From: Candidatus Micrarchaeota archaeon
Lineage (GTDB): Archaea; Micrarchaeota; Micrarchaeia; Anstonellales; Anstonellaceae
Assembly (NCBI GenBank): GCA_013331805.1
Contig: DUFS01000008.1
Span: 1 to 11,138 of the forward strand
Length of the DNA stretch: 11,138 nt
Direction of reading: 5' to 3'
Shown piece after piece: positions 5,762 to 11,138 of the stretch (the stretch's first letter is position 1; each line of letters starts with the position of its first letter). The position numbers were made by a program, and so were the translations under genes. Below the pieces are notes generated by a model, which worked only from the letters and a program-made list of their open reading frames with translations, was not told the origin of the DNA and made no database searches.

Positions 5762-7969
5762 ATGGCAAAGGACGGGAGCATCCGGACAGAATTCGACGAC
5801 CTGATTGCGAATTTGAAATTGGCCGGCGGCAAGCCGGTCAGCGTCTGGGAGCTCTCATCCAAGACAGGCATGTCCCAAAGCCACGTAATAGAATGGCTCT
5901 CGGTTCTTGAAAAAAACAGCCAGGTCAAGGTCCAATACCGCCTGGGCGGCACCTTTGCTGCCTGGACCGGCTCATTATCTGTTTCAACAATGCAAGGCCC
6001 GACAGAAGAGGAAAACAGGGCGGCAAGGGAAATCCAGGCTTCTTATGATGCGCAGATAGAGAGCGCAAGGGAGAGGGAAGAGAAGGCAAAAAGCCAAAAA
6101 ACGGAAACCCCGGAGGAAGCCCGCGAGCGCCACAAGCGCGAGCTAGCCGCCATGAGCCAGGAATTTGAATCTGTAAGCGAGCAGCTCGGCCGCGTGGACG
6201 GGATGCTTTCCAAGTTTAAGGAAAAGAAAAAGGAGGCTCACCTTGCCGAGCTTGCGCACGAAAGGGAGCAATCAGCCCTGCCGGAAGCTGAGGAAAAGGC
6301 AAGAGCCGTAAGGAAGGCTGCCCAGGAAAAGCAGAGGCTTGCCAATTTGGAGGCAGAAGCACGATGGCAAAGCGAAGCAATAAGAAAAGAGGAGAAGGCA
6401 AGGAAGGAAAAGGAGAAAAGGGAAGCTGAAAACGAAGCACTGAGGAAGAAAAAGGAACAAGAAGAGCTTGAAAGACAGGAGGAGGAAAAGGCAAGCAGGC
6501 TTCTTGAGCAGGTGGAGAAGGAAATCCAGGCCATCAAGCCAGGCGAGGAGGAGGAAATCCACACAGAACACACATTCGATTACACTGAAGAGCCCGAGGA
6601 AAAAGAAGGCATTGGCTTAGAGGAGTCTGAACAGGAACAGATCACTATTAAGGAATCTGCAACCCCGGTCAAAGCGTCCATGCCCCAGCCCAAGGGAAGG
6701 CAGGGGGCTTCAAAGATAAAAAAGCCAAAAGCCATGGAAGTCACGGGCGTATCGCTTCAGTTTTCGGAGAAGCTCTCCCGCCAGGTTAAGAAGATAATCG
6801 GCCAGGCTCAGGAGCTTGAGAAGCTGCGCATGGAAAAGGAGAAGATCCTCACCGACCACTACATGCCCATGCAGCGCAGGCTGGAGTCCGAAGTGGAGTC
6901 TATCAGCGACCGGGTAATCCGGATGGAGAAGAACATACTCGCACTGCACCAGCGCGCATCCGACCTCCCGGGAAAGGTCACGGGCGTGGAAAAGCTGCAC
7001 CTCTCCTCGCTCAAGGCGCACAACGACATGCAGAAGGCATATGACGAGGCATCGGCGCTAATCGAGGAGTCTGTGCGCGAGCTTTCCGATGAGCGGCAGA
7101 AAATGGAGGAGCTGGTGGAGCAAAGCAGGCATGAGATTTCTTCGCATCGCGCAAAAAGCGAGGATCTGGAAAAGGCGCTCAAGCACATATCGCAGCTAGA
7201 GGAGGAGTCGTCCAACCTGGTGATATCCGCCCGCGCAGCGCTTGCCGAGCAGGCAGAGCGGCTGGGGGCGGCCGAGAAATATTCGCAGGAGCTTGGTTCG
7301 CTCAAGGCGGAGATACGCGACAGCATTGACTCTATCAAGAGGGAAGTGTCCGCCACCAAGGGGGTTCTCACCGGCATTGAGAAGCAGATGTCCCAGATGC
7401 GCCAGATAGAAATATGGGCAGACTCCATAAAGGAAGATTACGCATCGAAGATGGCGGAAGTAGGGGACTACATAAGGAGCGGCAACGAGGAGTTCGAAAC
7501 CCTGCGGGAATCAGTGGAGGCGAATTTCGTGCGCCGCTACCTTCGGGAGCTCCGCCAGCTCACGGACAGCTATTCCTTTGAGTTCGGGCAGGCAAAGAAC
7601 ATGGAGATGAATTTGGACCAGCGCATGGCTGAGGAAAAGAAGAGGATGGAGGAGCTGCTTGAGGAGGGCAGGAAGATCTCCTACCTCTATGAAACGCAGT
7701 CCCGCGAGGTTGCGGGCGCTGACAAGTTCGAGTCCCGCGCAGAATCATTCAAGTCCCTGTCGGAGCTTTCGGGCCAGCGCAGGATGCTTCAGCAGATGAT
7801 CTCGCAGGTTACGGGCGAAAAGCCGCGCGTGGAGGAAGGCGCGGTTCCATCACAGGAAAAAACCGGCAAGCGCATTAGCGTGAAGATATTCGGCTCTGCT
7901 CCAAAGCAAGTCAAGCGCATGAAAGCGCGCAAAAAGATAAAAAAGATCAGGAAAGGCAAGAAACGCTAG
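5762..7969 (+). CDS. Large hypothetical protein: N-terminal winged-helix-like domain, E/K/R-rich helix, long coiled coil, basic C-terminal tail
   Basis: 735-aa ORF starting 9 nt after the rpl10e stop. It has an HTH-like VSVWELSSKTGMSQSHVIEWLSVLEK..VKVQY segment and heptad-like helical composition. No Walker A motif was seen. Confidence 0.85.
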   Translation: MAKDGSIRTEFDDLIANLKLAGGKPVSVWELSSKTGMSQSHVIEWLSVLEKNSQVKVQYRLGGTFAAWTGSLSVSTMQGPTEEENRAAREIQASYDAQIESAREREEKAKSQKTETPEEARERHKRELAAMSQEFESVSEQLGRVDGMLSKFKEKKKEAHLAELAHEREQSALPEAEEKARAVRKAAQEKQRLANLEAEARWQSEAIRKEEKARKEKEKREAENEALRKKKEQEELERQEEEKASRLLEQVEKEIQAIKPGEEEEIHTEHTFDYTEEPEEKEGIGLEESEQEQITIKESATPVKASMPQPKGRQGASKIKKPKAMEVTGVSLQFSEKLSRQVKKIIGQAQELEKLRMEKEKILTDHYMPMQRRLESEVESISDRVIRMEKNILALHQRASDLPGKVTGVEKLHLSSLKAHNDMQKAYDEASALIEESVRELSDERQKMEELVEQSRHEISSHRAKSEDLEKALKHISQLEEESSNLVISARAALAEQAERLGAAEKYSQELGSLKAEIRDSIDSIKREVSATKGVLTGIEKQMSQMRQIEIWADSIKEDYASKMAEVGDYIRSGNEEFETLRESVEANFVRRYLRELRQLTDSYSFEFGQAKNMEMNLDQRMAEEKKRMEELLEEGRKISYLYETQSREVAGADKFESRAESFKSLSELSGQRRMLQQMISQVTGEKPRVEEGAVPSQEKTGKRISVKIFGSAPKQVKRMKARKKIKKIRKGKKR

Positions 7970-7975
7970 GCGCCC

Positions 7976-7996
7976 AGGCTCCTAAGCAGCCTTTTT
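7976..7996 (+). terminator. Possible terminator (short hairpin plus T-tract) after the coiled-coil gene
   Basis: AGGCT(7976-7980)/AGCCT(7988-7992) followed by a T run 7992-7996, which overlaps the putative rpl1 TATA box. Confidence 0.35.
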
Positions 7997-8075
7997 AAGC
8001 ATTTGTATTCCAATACACGCCTTACAGCGGCTTTTCCCGCCGTTTACCATTCCATTGGAATGGGAGGGAACAGAC
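7992..8075 (+). promoter_or_regulatory. rpl1 operon promoter and structured 5' leader
   Basis: TATA-like TTTTTAAG 7992-7999, palindrome TGTATT-CC-AATACA 8004-8017, hairpins 8026-8044 and 8047-8063, and SD GGGAGG 8062-8067. Confidence 0.5.
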
Positions 8076-8708
8076 ATGGACAGGAAGAAAATAACAGAAT
8101 CAATCAACACTGCACTTGCGGACAAGGGCAAGCGCAAATTCACGCAATCCCTAGAGTTCATAATCAATTTCCGTGGCATTGACTTTGCAAAGGCGGAAAA
8201 CAGGCTGAACCTGGACATACTCCTCCCCAAAGGAAAGGGCAAGGAGCAGAAAGTCGTTGTTTTCGCAGACAGCCAGATCGCCTTTGACGCGAAAAACGCC
8301 GGAGCTGCTGAAGTAATCGACAACTCCGGCATTGCGAAGCTCGCCGCCGACAAGGGCAGGCTGGCGCTCCTGGTGAAATCCAGCGAATTCATTGCGCAGC
8401 CCAACCTCATGATAAACGTGGGGAAATCCCTTGGGCAGGTTCTTGGCTCCAGGGGAAAGCTTCCCAGGCCGATCACAGGCTCGGTGAAGGATGCCATTGA
8501 GCAGGCAAAGAGGCGCGTAAGGCTGGTTTCCAAGGGCAAGTACCTGCCTGTGGCGCAGTGCCTGATTGGGAGCGAGGCAATGGCAGTCGACGACCTGGTG
8601 GAGAATTTCACTGCAGCATACGAAAAGGTGAAAGGAAAGGTAATCGAGCCGAACATAAAATCAATATACGTCAAGCTTTCAATGGGCAAGCCCGTGAAAG
8701 TAGCATAA
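8076..8708 (+). CDS. rpl1: 50S ribosomal protein L1 (uL1)
   Basis: KRKFTQSLEFIINFRGID, FIAQPNLM..VGKSLGQVLGSRGKLP and C-terminal NIKSIYVKLSMG. The SD supports ATG 8076. Confidence 0.97.
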   Translation: MDRKKITESINTALADKGKRKFTQSLEFIINFRGIDFAKAENRLNLDILLPKGKGKEQKVVVFADSQIAFDAKNAGAAEVIDNSGIAKLAADKGRLALLVKSSEFIAQPNLMINVGKSLGQVLGSRGKLPRPITGSVKDAIEQAKRRVRLVSKGKYLPVAQCLIGSEAMAVDDLVENFTAAYEKVKGKVIEPNIKSIYVKLSMGKPVKVA

Positions 8709-8715
8709 GGTGTTC

Positions 8716-9672
8716 ATGATGACCCGCAAGAAAATCAAGAAAAAAATGGAAAAGAAGGAAAGCCCGGGCTTGCTTGCCAAAAAGGAGAAGGTCGCATCCC
8801 TTTCCAAAGTGTCCGGCAAGTATCCGGTTGTTGCACTCCTGAACATCCGCAACCTCCCTGACAGGATCCTCCAGTCCTCGAAGAAGAAGCTTCGCGGCCA
8901 GGCCGAGTTCACGGTGGCGAAAAACAGCGTGATAAAGCGCGCCCTTGACAAAACCGGCAAAAGTTCGCTTTCCGGGCACATGGATTTCCCAACAGCGCTA
9001 GTATTCACCAGCATGACGCCTTATTCTCTCTACACCTTCTTCAAGAAGAACAAGGTGAAAGTCGCGGCAAAACCAGGCCAGATCGCTCCCTTTGACATAA
9101 TTGTGCATGAGGGGGAGACCGACCTTGTTCCTGGGCCTGCGCTTTCAGAACTAAAAGGCGCAGGCATAAACGCGCAGATAAAGGCCGGCAAAATCATCAT
9201 CGCAAAGGATTCGACTGTCTCCAAGTCCGGGGCCAAGATCACCGACAATGTCTGCAAGGCGCTCCAGAAGCTGAACATACTGCCCTTTGAGGCAATGGTC
9301 CACATGGTGGCTGCCTACGACGGCAAGTTCACCTACACGGCATCAGCGCTTGACCTGGACGAGGCGCAGCTCCACGATGGCCTTCTCGCATCGCTTTCAC
9401 AGTCGTTCAACGTTTCCTTCAACGCATCCTTCCCAACATCGCAAAACATATCGGCGCTCCTGTCAAGCGCTTTTTCGCAGGGCAGGAACATGGCGATAAA
9501 CGGCCACGTCTACTCGGACGCTTCGACCGAGTTGCTTCTGGCGCAGGCCGTGCTTCTTGGAAGTTCGTTTTCCGAGAAGGTGGGGAGCTTGGACTCAAAG
9601 CCGGCTGCGGCTGCAGACGCTTCTACTGCGGCAGCGCAGGCTGAAAATGCGGCGGAAACGCCGAAAACATAA
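8716..9672 (+). CDS. rpl10: 50S ribosomal protein L10 (acidic P0, uL10)
   Basis: LRGQAEFTVAKNSVIKRAL, AAKPGQIAPFDI...GETDLVPGP..SEL...GI, and ALQKLNILP. AAGGTG SD at 8707-8712; the start is ATG 8716 or 8719. Confidence 0.96.
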   Translation: MMTRKKIKKKMEKKESPGLLAKKEKVASLSKVSGKYPVVALLNIRNLPDRILQSSKKKLRGQAEFTVAKNSVIKRALDKTGKSSLSGHMDFPTALVFTSMTPYSLYTFFKKNKVKVAAKPGQIAPFDIIVHEGETDLVPGPALSELKGAGINAQIKAGKIIIAKDSTVSKSGAKITDNVCKALQKLNILPFEAMVHMVAAYDGKFTYTASALDLDEAQLHDGLLASLSQSFNVSFNASFPTSQNISALLSSAFSQGRNMAINGHVYSDASTELLLAQAVLLGSSFSEKVGSLDSKPAAAADASTAAAQAENAAETPKT

Positions 9673-9685
9673 AGGAGGTTATACT

Positions 9686-9997
9686 ATGAAAATCGACCCA
9701 TATCTGCACGCAGCCCTCGTTCTGCAGGGCGCAGGAAAGGAGATAACGAAGGACAGCCTGATGTCCGTTCTCAAGGCGGCAGGCGCTTCAGCCGACGAAG
9801 CCAAGGCGCAGGTGCTTTCCGAGGCGGTCAAGGGAGTGAACTTCGAGGATCTTCTCAAGTCGGCCGCAATGCCAGTCGCAGCAGCGCCTGCGGCAGCTCC
9901 TGCAGAGGGAGGCGAGAAGAAGAAGGAAGAGAAGAAGGAGGACCCGGCCAAGCAGGAAGCTGCGGCGGCAGAGGGGCTTGCCTCGCTCTTTGGCTGA
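9686..9997 (+). CDS. rpl12: 50S ribosomal protein L12 (archaeal P1)
   Basis: YLHAALVL...GKEIT, an Ala-rich hinge and C-terminal EGLASLFG. Strong SD AGGAGGT at 9673-9679. Confidence 0.97.
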   Translation: MKIDPYLHAALVLQGAGKEITKDSLMSVLKAAGASADEAKAQVLSEAVKGVNFEDLLKSAAMPVAAAPAAAPAEGGEKKKEEKKEDPAKQEAAAAEGLASLFG

Positions 9998-10028
9998 TTT
10001 TTTCAGACCCTTTTTATTTTATTTTTTC
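9998..10028 (+). terminator. Oligo-T terminator of the rpl1-rpl10-rpl12 unit
   Basis: T6 immediately after the rpl12 stop, with further T-runs at the convergent junction. Archaeal intrinsic terminators are oligo-T. Confidence 0.55.
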
Positions 10029-10445
10029 ATTTTCTATTTTCCCTTTTCTCACAGTGAAAACAGGGTGAGCCTGCGGCTTTTTCCTGCCAGATATTTTCCT
10101 GAGATGAGTTTTGTCCCTCGTTTTCAGTTTCCGCTTCAAGTGCGAAAGCTCGTATTGCAGCTGCCCTGATGCCACAGGAATGCGGATCTCCTGCCTGGGA
10201 ACCTTCACAATTTTCTCCCCCTTGAATTTATAGCCCCTTTTCTCGGCCTCCTTTTTCACCTCTGCAAGGTAGGCGCCAATCGCATCCATCGGCTTTTTCT
10301 GCGACTTGAAGCGCAGGAGCTGGGGATGGTTCCGATAACCCTTGGTTTTGCCTGCAAGAACTTTCTGCGCAAGAAGCGCCTCGCGCCAGAGAGCGACCAG
10401 CCCCCCGGAATCAAGGTATTTCGGGTGGAGCGACCAAAGGCGCAT
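10014..10445 (-). CDS. Pyrimidine dimer DNA glycosylase / T4 endonuclease V-like family protein
   Basis: Typical N-terminus MRLWSLHPKYLD..GLVALWREALLAQKVL.G.TKGYRNHPQL.RF, plus EAEKRGYKF and GQLQYE..HL..KL..RD. ATG 10445 lies 1 nt after the vapC stop. Confidence 0.9.
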   Translation of the reverse strand: MRLWSLHPKYLDSGGLVALWREALLAQKVLAGKTKGYRNHPQLLRFKSQKKPMDAIGAYLAEVKKEAEKRGYKFKGEKIVKVPRQEIRIPVASGQLQYELSHLKRKLKTRDKTHLRKISGRKKPQAHPVFTVRKGKIENEKIK

Positions 10446-10446
10446 T

Positions 10447-10848
10447 TCAACCACTTTGATCAGGGTCTGGTTTTCCTGCTGTGGCATTCAATGCCCTGTC
10501 AAATGAGAGGGGCTTAGAAAGAGTCTTCCTGCAAGCATGGACAACAGAAATATCCGCCACGCTCAGGTTGCCTTTTTGCTCCAGGAATTCATTGAGAATC
10601 TCCTTTCTCTCGCTTTCGTTCAAATAAAGAAATGTGAGTTTGGAATTGGCAACAAGCTCACGGTATGCCAGCCTTGCAAGTTCCATCCCGCCCTTTACAT
10701 TGAGCACGGAAAGCGTTTCAAATAGGATTTCATCAGTGAGAAGCATCTCATCCTCGCGGTGCTTTTGGAAAAGCCCCATGGCACGGGAGTTATTGGAATC
10801 CTCATCAAGAAAAAGAGAAACCAAAAACGAGGTATCAAGCACGATCAC
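10447..10848 (-). CDS. vapC: PIN-domain ribonuclease toxin (VapC family)
   Basis: IVLDTSFL, ILFET, LSVADIS and SFD supply the four acidic PIN residues. GTG 10848 follows a GGTG SD-like sequence; GTG 10857 is an alternative start. It overlaps the antitoxin 3' end. Confidence 0.9.
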   Translation of the reverse strand: MIVLDTSFLVSLFLDEDSNNSRAMGLFQKHREDEMLLTDEILFETLSVLNVKGGMELARLAYRELVANSKLTFLYLNESERKEILNEFLEQKGNLSVADISVVHACRKTLSKPLSFDRALNATAGKPDPDQSG

Positions 10849-11080
10849 GTGAAGCACCGTAAAGTATCAGGTCATGGTCTATTCTCGTCTTTTTCCCCTT
10901 GAATTTCTTGCCCCTTTCCTTTAGCAAGGCAATAAGCCTGTCCCAGTTGTCGGTTTTCGCCTTTGGCTTGCCCTCCCCGAGAAGATCTCTCACTACCTCG
11001 CTGTAGCTGCCCCCCCTCGCCCTCTTCAGGCGGGTTAGGTTGCTGTACACGTCATCGGACACATTTATCAGCCTGCTCAT
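10835..11080 (-). CDS. vapB: Antitoxin, archaeal VapB (ribbon-helix-helix, UPF0330/DUF217-like)
   Basis: MSRLINVSDDVYSNLTRLK....SYSEVVRDLL ribbon-helix-helix pattern. The 81-aa gene lies upstream of and overlaps the PIN gene. Confidence 0.88.
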   Translation of the reverse strand: MSRLINVSDDVYSNLTRLKRARGGSYSEVVRDLLGEGKPKAKTDNWDRLIALLKERGKKFKGKKTRIDHDLILYGASRDRA

Positions 11081-11084
11081 GATA

Positions 11085-11119
11085 TATACATATACGTATA
11101 CATTTATATTATTGTTTCC
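11085..11119 (-). promoter_or_regulatory. vapBC promoter (leaderless) with probable operator repeats
   Basis: The minus strand reads GGAAAC (BRE-like), AATAATATAAAT (TATA at 11103-11110), then 22 nt to the ATG. The hexamers TATACA-TATACG-TATACA occupy 11085-11102. Confidence 0.7.
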
Positions 11120-11138
11120 TGTAAGCCCTTAAGATTTT

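Noticed and set aside
6370..6520. Purine-rich (GA) low-complexity tract as a repeat or CRISPR array
   Set aside because: It is explained by Glu/Lys/Arg codons, and no regularly spaced identical repeats were seen anywhere in the window.
5762..7969. SMC/Rad50 annotation for the coiled-coil protein
   Set aside because: No Walker A/B, signature motif, hinge or zinc hook is visible.
8111..8136. Hairpin inside rpl1 at the position of the methanococcal L1-binding site
   Set aside because: The hairpin TGC-A-CTTGC/GCAAG-C-GCA exists, but the GGAG-containing internal loop and outer helix of the L1 site are not evident.
7982..8689. 235-aa antisense ORF over rpl1, and the similar 6859-7428 and 4668-5120 ORFs
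   Set aside because: These are in-register antisense mirrors of real genes, with no independent protein signal.
9557..9685. Longer ORF-track starts for rpl12 (9557), rpl1 (8055), rpl10e (5210), the glycosylase (10487) and the orphan ORF (5113)
   Set aside because: SD positions and family-typical N-termini support the downstream ATGs; the extensions overlap neighbouring genes or promoters.

Overview
Archaeal chromosomal segment: class I LysRS, L10e, L1/P0/P1-type ribosomal proteins and TATA-box promoters. A DPANN-type, Micrarchaeota-like origin is my inference from protein style and was not searched. On the + strand: 3' end of a multicopper oxidase, a stand-alone dnaJ, a ~155-nt structured spacer, lysS-MidA/NDUFAF7-like methyltransferase-MGMT, then rpl10e-large wHTH/coiled-coil protein, then rpl1-rpl10(P0)-rpl12 with no rpl11 in front. 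On the - strand: an AT-richer orphan ORF and a vapB-vapC-pyrimidine-dimer glycosylase operon. The most interesting unexplained signals are RNA-level. (i) A closed multi-hairpin RNA fills the dnaJ-lysS spacer, with mutually exclusive helices and a possible tRNA-Lys(CUU) anticodon-loop mimic. (ii) A 66-nt in-frame segment in lysS is bounded by direct repeats and folds as a four-way junction. (iii) The rpl1 leader is structured and can occlude its SD. All folds were paired by eye; no searches or folding programs were run.
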